Made by a program: the position numbers and the translations under genes | Notes under the pieces: model-generated | What the model was told of the DNA's origin: nothing | Database searches by the model: none | Seen by the model: only the letters and a program-made list of their open reading frames with translations | Assembly (NCBI GenBank): GCA_963674825.1 | Contig: OY771587.1 | Location: 1,088,001 to 1,152,000 of the forward strand | Direction of reading: 5' to 3' | Source of the DNA: Candidatus Cloacimonadales bacterium | GTDB taxonomy: Bacteria; Cloacimonadota; Cloacimonadia; Cloacimonadales; JAIOQZ01 | Length of the DNA: 64,000 nt | In this document: in pieces, positions 40,879-49,362 of the stretch | Layout of the letters: the number at the start of each line of letters is the position of its first letter | How positions within the stretch are numbered: the stretch's first letter is position 1

Positions 40879-42113
40879 TTCATTACCTGGGGTAGAGCTT
40901 TTTCCAGCATTGGATGCATGCAGCCATTTTCAGCTTCTCCATTATGTTTCCCAAGCAAGCATCCGCCGTAGCATATGGGAAGATAACTGCATCTTTTGCA
41001 TGCTCCAGATATGTGTTTGTATAAATCATGCTTGATTTTCTGTGAAATTGCCTCATAACCATCTTCCAGATTGCCAACCGAAAACTTTTTGTCTCCAGTC
41101 ATGCTTATACATTTATAAATATCTCCGAAGCTGTCAACGACAAATTCATATCGCTTTTTATTTGAACACAGGTGAGTTTTAATAAAGTCTTCGTATTTTG
41201 TATCCTTCCCCTCAACAGGGATGTTGTTTCTTTGTACAAAGTCCATTTTTACTCTGGAGAATTCAGGATATGTAATAACCGTTGCGAGTTTATTTGTTTC
41301 ACCTGAACATATCTTCGCTACATAGAAATCATTGGGAGAGTATTTCATTATCACATGCTTATATACATAATCAAGACAGTGAACATTTCCGCTGTCGACA
41401 TTTACAGATATGTGTCGCGTAATGTCGTTTTCCACAAGAGAATCAAGGGATCTCATGATATTGTCATACGCCGACTCACCATTCTTCATCGGCCTCCGCT
41501 TATTATGCGTTTCCTTATCCCCATCTACCGTGATCAACACTTTTGCCATATTAACAGCCTTAAGGGCATTTAGCACTTCATCTTGATGAATTCGCACACC
41601 ATTTGACACCATCGTCGTCATTATCGTGGAAAAATGTTTCACAGCAATATTGTAAACATCGATCATTATCTGAGGAAACAAAGTCGGTTCGCCGCCATGG
41701 AACGAGAGGTGAATCACATCGATGCCGCTCTTTTCTCTGCATTGTTGCAGAAAAGCATCCAGGTTATCGAGCTGAGCGAATGATGTATAGCCTTGATACA
41801 TGCCGTGTTCATAACAGTAATAGCAATTGCAGTTACACATGTTCGTCACATGAATCGTCAGTGATATCTTATCCTCATTGCATAAGTGATCCTCAAATCG
41901 CTGGAGAGCTTCTTCAGATTCAGAATAATCATCATCAACAAAATCTTCGCACTCAACAAGCATTCGCATCTCATCATCGTCGAATCCCTTGCCTGTTTTC
42001 CATGAATCCTTGTCGATCGGCCTGTCGATTACAAGTAGAGACTTGTTCAGAGTATTAAAGATAATGGTGTTTTCACCTTCGTTGTATATTTTCGCAAAGT
42101 ATGATAATCTCAT
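40851..42113 (-). CDS. Radical SAM/SPASM-domain peptide maturase with probable N-terminal RRE
   Basis: CNCNCYYC (CxxxCxxC), FHGGEP, ITVDG..ETHNKRR; SPASM C...GDIYKC...CxxCx5Cx3Cx12C; N-terminal IIFNTLNKSLL RRE-like region; AGGAGG RBS before the ATG at 42113. Confidence 0.9.
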   Translation of the reverse strand: MRLSYFAKIYNEGENTIIFNTLNKSLLVIDRPIDKDSWKTGKGFDDDEMRMLVECEDFVDDDYSESEEALQRFEDHLCNEDKISLTIHVTNMCNCNCYYCYEHGMYQGYTSFAQLDNLDAFLQQCREKSGIDVIHLSFHGGEPTLFPQIMIDVYNIAVKHFSTIMTTMVSNGVRIHQDEVLNALKAVNMAKVLITVDGDKETHNKRRPMKNGESAYDNIMRSLDSLVENDITRHISVNVDSGNVHCLDYVYKHVIMKYSPNDFYVAKICSGETNKLATVITYPEFSRVKMDFVQRNNIPVEGKDTKYEDFIKTHLCSNKKRYEFVVDSFGDIYKCISMTGDKKFSVGNLEDGYEAISQKIKHDLYKHISGACKRCSYLPICYGGCLLGKHNGEAENGCMHPMLEKALPQVMKWKVQAQSK

Positions 42114-42164
42114 TTTTCCTCCTAACATTACATGAGCATGCGCACTTAAGGTCAAAGATGAACC

Positions 42165-42290
42165 CTAATACAGTGGCGGATCAGGATTTGGAATGGGTTT
42201 GGGATCCGGACAGCGCTGAGTCCTCTGGTTACATGATTCCAATGGAGTTTCATCAAATGCATTTTGCGGTTTCAAGATCATGGTAATCAT
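42165..42290 (-). CDS. RiPP precursor peptide 2 (41 aa; not in ORF track)
   Basis: MITMILKPQNAFDETPLESCNQRTQRCPDPKPIPNPDPPLY*; AGGAGG RBS; paralog of the adjacent peptide. Confidence 0.85.
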   Translation of the reverse strand: MITMILKPQNAFDETPLESCNQRTQRCPDPKPIPNPDPPLY

Positions 42291-42349
42291 TATTCCTCCT
42301 TTTGTCCTGCAATCTAACTGAGATGCAGGGCTTGCGTTAGTTAGTCACA

Positions 42350-42478
42350 CTAGATTTTGGGCAGTTCTGGATCTGGATCTGGTACTGGCGGTGGGGGGCA
42401 CCGGTGGGTGCGCTGGTTGCAAGAATCCAGTGGTGTCTCGTCAAATGCGTTCTGTGGTTTCAAGATCATAGTAATCAT
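42350..42478 (-). CDS. RiPP precursor peptide 1 (42 aa)
   Basis: MITMILKPQNAFDETPLDSCNQRTHRCPPPPVPDPDPELPKI*; AGGAGG RBS. Confidence 0.85.
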   Translation of the reverse strand: MITMILKPQNAFDETPLDSCNQRTHRCPPPPVPDPDPELPKI

Positions 42479-42516
42479 TGTTCCTCCTAAAGAATTACAA
42501 GTGCGCATGCTTCTTG

Positions 42517-42545
42517 AATATTTATATTTCAAAATTGAATGTCAA
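42517..42545 (-). promoter_or_regulatory. Putative sigma70-type promoter of the RiPP operon
   Basis: TTGACA (42545-42540) followed by AT-rich TATAAATATT -10-like region. Confidence 0.5.
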
Positions 42546-43151
42546 ACCTTTTTTAAGTATTGATCTTAATTAGCGGATGGTAATATTTTGGGGTGCAGGC
42601 AATTGCCATTATGTATTATTTATTATTAATGCTCAAATTCGTCTTGGTTTTGCTACACACCTGCCCTAATTCGGATTCAGCATAAGGATTCATGACAGAA
42701 ATGGCCGAGGAAAATGGGACTTGCTTTTATACCCCATGCTGAGCCTTCTTCGACCCACTAGCCAACTAAAGAGCCCCAAAAATCTACTGCCTTTTCAGAA
42801 TTATGATTTTCAGCGTCAATATCTGCTCCAATTGATGGTAGCGCACTGAAACTTCCATATATATAGATATGAATCCCCATTATCAATAACAAGATATATT
42901 AGTCCGTTTACAGCATTCGCATATCTTATCTCACCTTCGAAGCTATTTGGATCAGTAATGGCTTTCTCTACAGGCTCAATCGCGGCATTCTTCGGCAGTC
43001 TACCGAACATCCCGCAACCCTTCGAGGTTTTCTTGCAAAGCTCTAGAATTCCCTTTTCGCTGGTGTTCTGGCTTTCACCCTTCGGTTCGAATCGTATCGA
43101 AATGACGGCAGAAAGTAGCTTGATGAATGCTCGTCCCGTCCTGAAAAAGGG

Positions 43152-43190
43152 GCATCTGTAAACTTCTGCCAAGGGGGTGTCATTTTATAG
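43152..43190 (+). repeat. Right copy of the degenerate direct repeat bounding the RiPP island
   Basis: See 36064-36099. Confidence 0.55.
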
Positions 43191-43436
43191 CGATTTCCTC
43201 GATTCAAGCGGATATATTTTCCATGTAAACTATGCGGATAAATTCTAAGATTCAGTCACTTGCGTAAGTAGGGCCAACTAAAGAAGGAGATATACTCACG
43301 AAAAGCATTCGGCATTACTCGTAATTTCCAGGTAGCTTATTATAATAATAGTGTTCGCTCATTTTTAATAATTTCTTGACATACTATTTACACAATACCA
43401 TACATAGCATTCAATCACACTTCGAGGGGAAACATT

Positions 43437-45413
43437 ATGAGAGATTATTATGATGCGCTTGATGAAATCATGGACTATGCAGTAGACGCCGATAGAGAGC
43501 CATCAGCAAACAGCAAACTCAAGATTAACGCAAAAGATTTCTACGATGGATTGTACGTTAGAAGGCGAAATGAAGAAGCTAAGATAATTGACCTACTGAA
43601 AGAAGCCCATATGATCCATGTTATCGGTGAGCGTGGAAGTGGAAAATCATCTCTCTTAAACGCATTGCCGCGATTATATCAGACAAGGAAAAGTCCTCAT
43701 GGCAATCTTCTATTTTTGCTTTTTGATTTTTTCAGCAACAGAAAACACCAGGAAGCAGTTCACAAATCATTAACCGGCGGAATAGAATTACTAGAAAATG
43801 AAATTAAAGCAGACTTTACCGAAAAATATAAAAAATTATCCCTGCGGATAGTCAAACACTATGGGAATTTGCTACAGAAACCAGAGCCCGAAAATCATAT
43901 GCCAAGTTCAGCTTTTACTGAAAGATACACAGACAGGTATGACCTATTATCCAACGAAGAGAATAAGGCGCTAAAACATTTAGATTTACTGGATATAGGC
44001 CAGTATTGCCATAAAAAACACAATCAGAAAATAATTATTATTCTAGACAATTTTGACTCATGTTATCTCGATCGGATTTTCAACTATGAAGCCATTACCA
44101 GCTTCATGGAAATCCTACACAAACGCTTGCCCACATATAAAGGGCTAATCAGGTTCATTGTTGCGATCCGACATGATATATACCACGAATCTTTTACCAA
44201 GCCAGCACGTCTTAACCAACCAGGTCATGGAACAATGATAAAAAACAGACTCTTTTCCCTTGACTATACCGACTTATTAACGTATCTGGATGTAAAAAAA
44301 GAGATTGAAAAAAGTATAGCCACTGCTATCAGTATTGGTCATACCGAATGGGAGTCCCTTCAAGAAACTTTTCAGGATATGGCCCTACAAAAGTTCGAGA
44401 GATCCATTGCTTGGAATAGAAAAAACTACCTTGAGAAATACGCTAACCAATTGTGCAATAGAGATCCTAAATATGATCGCATTATTAACATGGCAGAAGA
44501 AAGCTACGCAATAACAGCTACATTGAATGGTTATTTTAACTATGATAGAAGAAAATCAAGCAAAGCCAGAAGACAATTTTGTTCTTACACAAGAATCAAT
44601 TACAAGCAAAGACTATACATTTTATCAAGACAAGAGATTGAGACGATTTTCTTCAGATGGTTTATCACAAACCATGCTATTGGTTACGATACAAGCACCT
44701 GTGATATTGTTGGCGAACTCACAACTGAATCTAATGGTCGAATATTATGCAATCTTGGCTTCATGCTTTCAGTATATCTTAATAACCATAGAAAACTCGG
44801 GAACACGCTAACCGGTATTAATGCATCAAAAATCATTCGAGTGTTCAGAAAGTTTGGCTATCCTGCCCAAGACGTGATTAATACACTAGTGTTTTTTCAC
44901 GATCACGCATATATCAATACAAGTAAGAACTATAGGGCTAAAGGCCGAACTGGAAAAGAAGACTACCTCATCCATCCGCAACCCAAATTACTGATCAATA
45001 TAGTAGGCCTTATACAGAAGTACACATATATGATTACACGCATAGCTCAAGAAAACAACTTCTCCGTGACCATTGATGATATAATGAGCAAAACAAATAT
45101 TGAACGGGTAATTTCTTTCGTAAGTAAAATGAGCATTGAGCACATTTCCGCATTGAAATCGATGATCAACAACAAGAAATCCGGATCTTCCATGAAAACA
45201 TACCTTGAAGAATTCTCATACAGAAATTCACTGAATGAAGCCGCCTTTTCAAATCAAAGTATTGAATGGAAAATAGGAAATTTACTGTTGCCAAGACTAA
45301 TCAGGGATCACATATCATATCTTGAGACTAATGATATCAGTGAAACCTATATCAAAAAGTACAAGGAAATCAATCGTAATTTCAAAAAGGAGGTAATCGA
45401 GATTTATGGATGA
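43437..45413 (+). CDS. P-loop NTPase (STAND/KAP-like) hypothetical protein
   Basis: Walker A GERGSGKS, Walker B IIIILDNFD, FIVAIR sensor-like strand; AT-rich. Confidence 0.75.
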   Translation: MRDYYDALDEIMDYAVDADREPSANSKLKINAKDFYDGLYVRRRNEEAKIIDLLKEAHMIHVIGERGSGKSSLLNALPRLYQTRKSPHGNLLFLLFDFFSNRKHQEAVHKSLTGGIELLENEIKADFTEKYKKLSLRIVKHYGNLLQKPEPENHMPSSAFTERYTDRYDLLSNEENKALKHLDLLDIGQYCHKKHNQKIIIILDNFDSCYLDRIFNYEAITSFMEILHKRLPTYKGLIRFIVAIRHDIYHESFTKPARLNQPGHGTMIKNRLFSLDYTDLLTYLDVKKEIEKSIATAISIGHTEWESLQETFQDMALQKFERSIAWNRKNYLEKYANQLCNRDPKYDRIINMAEESYAITATLNGYFNYDRRKSSKARRQFCSYTRINYKQRLYILSRQEIETIFFRWFITNHAIGYDTSTCDIVGELTTESNGRILCNLGFMLSVYLNNHRKLGNTLTGINASKIIRVFRKFGYPAQDVINTLVFFHDHAYINTSKNYRAKGRTGKEDYLIHPQPKLLINIVGLIQKYTYMITRIAQENNFSVTIDDIMSKTNIERVISFVSKMSIEHISALKSMINNKKSGSSMKTYLEEFSYRNSLNEAAFSNQSIEWKIGNLLLPRLIRDHISYLETNDISETYIKKYKEINRNFKKEVIEIYG

Positions 45414-45585
45414 AATTATAGATAAAATTGAGGAGCTTAGGCAAGAGGTTCTTGAGCTTTTAGACTATACCATTAAAAGTAGCAGACGCAATGAGATCAT
45501 CCAGTACATCCTCATTGCCCTTACACTAGTATCAACGGCAAACGCTATTGTCTCAATTTTAATTTTTCTTCAGCACAAACCATAA
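45406..45585 (+). CDS. Small 59-aa protein with one C-terminal TM helix (not in ORF track)
   Basis: MDEIIDKIEELRQEVLELLDYTIKSSRRNEIIQYILIALTLVSTANAIVSILIFLQHKP*; AAGGAGG upstream; 8-nt overlap with the NTPase end. Confidence 0.65.
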   Translation: MDEIIDKIEELRQEVLELLDYTIKSSRRNEIIQYILIALTLVSTANAIVSILIFLQHKP

Positions 45586-45676
45586 AGCAAAGTAACAGTA
45601 TGTTCTTTGCTGTTTTCGCATCACTCAGCATCAGAATGTTTGATATTTACTATATATGCATTCAGAAATAAGCTTG

Positions 45677-46546
45677 CTACATCATATTGAGGATAGAGAT
45701 GAATTCACCGGCGTTCTCGATTTCTTCTTTGGCGATGTTGCGATAGGAATCGAGATTGTATTTATTATCCTTGTCCGGCAGGATACCAAGGCGTTCCAGG
45801 GCAACAGGAGATAGTTCATCGGCGGTGTGGCTGACGGATGGCGATGAATATCCGAGACAATTGACGATGCTGTTGGAGAAGTGGATCATCGCGGTCTCGA
45901 TGGAGGGATCTTTTTCCGGTTCGTGGTGGAACCCCACGGCGTTCTCGATATCCATGGGCAGTTTCCAGCTCTGACAGAGCCAGCTTCCAATCTGCGTGTG
46001 ATCCACACCGATTACCACCATCTCCGCCATTTGCGATGTCTCCCCCATGTCGCGTGTACGCTTCTCTATCTCCAGATATCGCGGATGCAGGTACTCGTGG
46101 ATAATGAGCTTACCAATGTCATGCAAAATCCCGATAGTGAAGATTTCCGACGGTGCGCCAATCTTCAACTCCTCGCTGAGCCGCTTCCCCACGATCGCCA
46201 CTGCCAGACAGTGTTCCCAATAGCGCATCCTGTCGAAATCGTCGTCCCGATACTCCGTATTAAAGCGCTTGGTGAGCGTAAGGCTGATAGCCAGGTTGGT
46301 GATGGTATTGAAGCCGAGAAGCGAGATCGCGAGTTGAACCGTCTTGATCTGGTTTGTAAAAGCGTAGTAGGAAGAATTGGCCAGCTTGAGAATTCGCGCG
46401 GTAAGTGCTTGATCGGATGATATCAGCTTAGCGAGACCTGAGGCGGATGTACTGGGATTGTCGATCATCTCGAGTAGCTTCGCGACAATCGTCGGCATTG
46501 CGGGAAGGCTGATGATGTGTCTGGTAATCTCTTTTACATCGACCAT
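45677..46546 (-). CDS. HDOD domain protein
   Basis: LPAMP, DQALTARILKLANS, AISLLG, YWEHC, GILHDIGK, DHTQIG.WL..SWKLP. Confidence 0.92.
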   Translation of the reverse strand: MVDVKEITRHIISLPAMPTIVAKLLEMIDNPSTSASGLAKLISSDQALTARILKLANSSYYAFTNQIKTVQLAISLLGFNTITNLAISLTLTKRFNTEYRDDDFDRMRYWEHCLAVAIVGKRLSEELKIGAPSEIFTIGILHDIGKLIIHEYLHPRYLEIEKRTRDMGETSQMAEMVVIGVDHTQIGSWLCQSWKLPMDIENAVGFHHEPEKDPSIETAMIHFSNSIVNCLGYSSPSVSHTADELSPVALERLGILPDKDNKYNLDSYRNIAKEEIENAGEFISILNMM

Positions 46547-46549
46547 AGT

Positions 46550-47323
46550 CTAATAGAGGTCTTTGAGTTTCACGTTCTGCAGAATGCTGCGAAGCTTCAT
46601 CAGGGCAGAGGAATGCATCTGAGATATTCGCGACTCGGTAACATCCAGTACCAATCCAATCTCTTTCAGTGTCAATTCTTCGTAGTAATAGAGCGCAACC
46701 ACCAGCTTTTCCTTATCCGGAAGCTGACTGATGGCGTCGGATATCCGTTTGCGCAGGTTCTGCTCGAGGTACTTTTCTTCCGCACTGCTCTCGGATTTAT
46801 CTTCGATAACATCTGAGATGTGCATGCTATTGCCTTCACCATCGCTGGGAACAACAGCGTCCAGCGATCCGAGGAAAAGCGGGCCAAGATTATCGGTAAT
46901 CTGGTAATACTCCTCGATGGTCATATCCAGTTCCTGGGCAATCTCATCGTCAGTTGGCATGCGCCCCAGTTCGTTGAAGAGCGCGTGAATCGCGCTATCG
47001 ATGCGCTTGGACTTCTGCCTGACGGATCTCGGTACCCAGTCGGTGCGTCTTATCTCGTCGATGATCGCACCGCGAACACGGATGGTGGCAAACGTCTGGA
47101 ACTCGAAACCGCGTTCGGGATCGAATTTCTGCATTGCTTCGAGCAGACCGATCACGCCAGCGCTGTAAAGATCCTCTTTTTCAAGCGTTCTGGAAGAGAA
47201 AATACTCAGCTTGTTGGCAAGGTAATGGACGATGTGGAGGTATTTCTCCACAATCTTTTCCATGAGCTCATGACGGCCCGTCTTGCGGTATAACTGCCAT
47301 AGTTTCTTTTCTTCCGCGTCCAT
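46550..47323 (-). CDS. fliA: RNA polymerase sigma-28 factor FliA/WhiG
   Basis: EDLYSAGVIGL, RVRGAIIDEIR..DWVPRSVR, LYYYEELTLKEIG.VLDVTESRISQ.H. Confidence 0.92.
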   Translation of the reverse strand: MDAEEKKLWQLYRKTGRHELMEKIVEKYLHIVHYLANKLSIFSSRTLEKEDLYSAGVIGLLEAMQKFDPERGFEFQTFATIRVRGAIIDEIRRTDWVPRSVRQKSKRIDSAIHALFNELGRMPTDDEIAQELDMTIEEYYQITDNLGPLFLGSLDAVVPSDGEGNSMHISDVIEDKSESSAEEKYLEQNLRKRISDAISQLPDKEKLVVALYYYEELTLKEIGLVLDVTESRISQMHSSALMKLRSILQNVKLKDLY

Positions 47324-47466
47324 CCTGCGTATCTCCTGTTGGAACGAAATCCTATGTAATAATTCTCCGATAAATCCATTCCATGTCAAGTCAAACTTCT
47401 CAATACAGGATTCAGCTCAGATTTTGCAAAGGACTTGTTCAATCGTTTATTACACGTTACAAAATG

Positions 47467-47492
47467 AAATGCGGACGTATTTGTCCGCATTT
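47467..47492 (-). terminator. Hairpin downstream of the PpiD-like gene
   Basis: AAATGCGGAC-gtattt-GTCCGCATTT. Confidence 0.6.
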
Positions 47493-47520
47493 CTAAAAAT
47501 ATTTTTCCCCGAAGCTGGAG

Positions 47521-49293
47521 CTATTCTTTGATCTGCTGTTTTTCCTCTTCCTTCCGCTTCAAGATGTCCCGATGCCAATCGTTGATCTTCGCTTCTGAGA
47601 CCTTCTCTTCCAACCACTGGTCGAAATAGGCGTCCCGTTTACGCATCACGATGTCCTCTTCAAGGAACGGTTTCTGCGACTGATATCCGTACGGTGGTGG
47701 AGGCTGGATGCCATCAATCACGACAAGAAAGCTGCCATAATCGGAATGTATCGCGTGACGAAGCATACCAGGTTCTTCTTCTGCAAGAATCGCGCGGTTG
47801 AGGTCCTCGACCCATGCTCCATCGACTTCTGTAAGGAAGGTGAAGTGCTCGATAGTATAGCGCGAGTACCCATCCAGCGCGGCGTGTGCAAGCATTTCTT
47901 TGTCTTTGTACTTCTTCAGATACTCGTCCGCGGCGACTGCTGCTGCGGCAAGCTGCTTTTTCCTGAGCAAGAGATCAAAGATCGTGTCCGAAACCTCGAC
48001 AAGCGGTTGAGTCTTGCGTGGTTGGGCTTCGATCACCTGAAATAGCACATAGCTTTCGATCTTATTATTGAACTGGGGCGGGAAGATGGCCCCTTCATTC
48101 GAGCGCAGAGCTTGTTGAATAATCGTATCAAGAGCTCCGAAGAGTTCAACATAGTCGTTTTCATACGAAAGTTCTTCGAGCCGTCCACATTCCATGCCGT
48201 ATTCACTGGCAGCGCGTTTGAGTGTTATCTGTAGCGCAAGTTCGCGAAAATCAGTCACCTTCTTGTATAGTTGCTGACGCGTCTCGGAGGAAATGCGCGG
48301 AACAATGGCAATCTCTTCGATTTTGACCATCGTCTTGGTCTTTGCGACCGGATTGTAGATTTTCCAGCAGCCATCTTGAAAAAATGGCTTGGTAATCGTC
48401 TGGTAATCGCCTTTTTTCAATTGCTTGCGCACACTTGCGGGAAGCTTTTCGATCTCTACAAAGCCGACATCGCCATTCTTCAGCGACGACTCGGCATCGC
48501 TGAATTTCGCAGCCGTTGCGGCGAAAGGAGCGCCAGCTTTGAGTTCATTGTAGAGCGAATCAATCAGTACCTTTGCACCAAGTGTATCGGCTTTTGATGG
48601 AACCAAGTGAAACGCTACATAATCCAGCGTGCAACTCTCAGGGATGAGAAATGAATCGCGATGAGCCTCGTAGTATGCTGCCACTTCCGGCTGCGAAACA
48701 ACTTGGCGCGCGAAGTTTTCGGGCTTCAGGTGCACAATCTCCACATCCGCACTACCATTACGAATCTGATATTCCTTACGGACTTCATCTTCATCGACCG
48801 GGATATTCAGAAGAACCTTCTGCTGAAGCTTGCGGAACGGGATGTATGAATTGAAGTAGTGCCTTTTCAGCCAATTGAGATTGACCGGTTCACCGGTATC
48901 GAGTGCTTCCAGATAGAGCTGATTGTCGAAACCGTGGTCGCTTTGAAAAACACTCGCGTCCCGAATGAACACAGGCGGGTGATTTCTGAGCGAGTCCATG
49001 ACCTCTTCACGAGTGGTGTAAATGCCATATTCCTTATAGAGCGATTCAAGGATGATACCCTGTGCCAGGTTGTCCCACGCGGTATCGTAGATCTCCATTA
49101 CCTGCTCGCTGGTTGGCGATTTGTCATGCTTCAGTTTGAAGCTTTCGTATTCGCGTCGAACAGCGCCCAGATACTGCTCTTCAGATATTTCGACGTCGTT
49201 GACCTTGCCGGCGATCCCCTCTGGCTTGATATAACAGCCGGTGAGAAGGATCAGAATACTCATGGCGACCAGAATGCAATGGACTCTTCTCAT
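47521..49293 (-). CDS. PpiD/SurA-like peptidyl-prolyl isomerase lipoprotein
   Basis: LTGC lipobox; SurA N-terminal GKVNDVEIS; parvulin-like F...AAKFSD...NGDVGF. Confidence 0.8.
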   Translation of the reverse strand: MRRVHCILVAMSILILLTGCYIKPEGIAGKVNDVEISEEQYLGAVRREYESFKLKHDKSPTSEQVMEIYDTAWDNLAQGIILESLYKEYGIYTTREEVMDSLRNHPPVFIRDASVFQSDHGFDNQLYLEALDTGEPVNLNWLKRHYFNSYIPFRKLQQKVLLNIPVDEDEVRKEYQIRNGSADVEIVHLKPENFARQVVSQPEVAAYYEAHRDSFLIPESCTLDYVAFHLVPSKADTLGAKVLIDSLYNELKAGAPFAATAAKFSDAESSLKNGDVGFVEIEKLPASVRKQLKKGDYQTITKPFFQDGCWKIYNPVAKTKTMVKIEEIAIVPRISSETRQQLYKKVTDFRELALQITLKRAASEYGMECGRLEELSYENDYVELFGALDTIIQQALRSNEGAIFPPQFNNKIESYVLFQVIEAQPRKTQPLVEVSDTIFDLLLRKKQLAAAAVAADEYLKKYKDKEMLAHAALDGYSRYTIEHFTFLTEVDGAWVEDLNRAILAEEEPGMLRHAIHSDYGSFLVVIDGIQPPPPYGYQSQKPFLEEDIVMRKRDAYFDQWLEEKVSEAKINDWHRDILKRKEEEKQQIKE

Positions 49294-49309
49294 TGTTACC
49301 ACCTCAGGC

Positions 49310-49339
49310 AAAAAAAGCCGATGCGTTCACATCGGCTTT
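49310..49339 (-). terminator. Rho-independent terminator
   Basis: A-run then AAAGCCGATG...CATCGGCTTT. Confidence 0.7.
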
Positions 49340-49362
49340 CCTATATTTCATCGTTGATTATA

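Noticed and set aside
40851..42113. rSAM as an anaerobic sulfatase maturase or SCIFF/PqqE/MftC
   Set aside because: No sulfatase nearby, and the adjacent peptides lack the six-Cys, ExxxY or mycofactocin motifs.
42357..42563. 68-aa Gly/Ser-rich plus-strand ORF (also 42101-42286)
   Set aside because: Reverse-complement read-out of the precursor genes; the RBS and codon pattern support the minus strand.
43081..43095. GGTTCGAATC tRNA T-loop-like motif near the island edge
   Set aside because: No T-stem, acceptor stem or CCA end can be formed.
42816..43172. 118-aa minus-strand ORF upstream of the RiPP promoter
   Set aside because: No RBS or motif recognised and its start lies inside the boundary repeat; at most a gene remnant.
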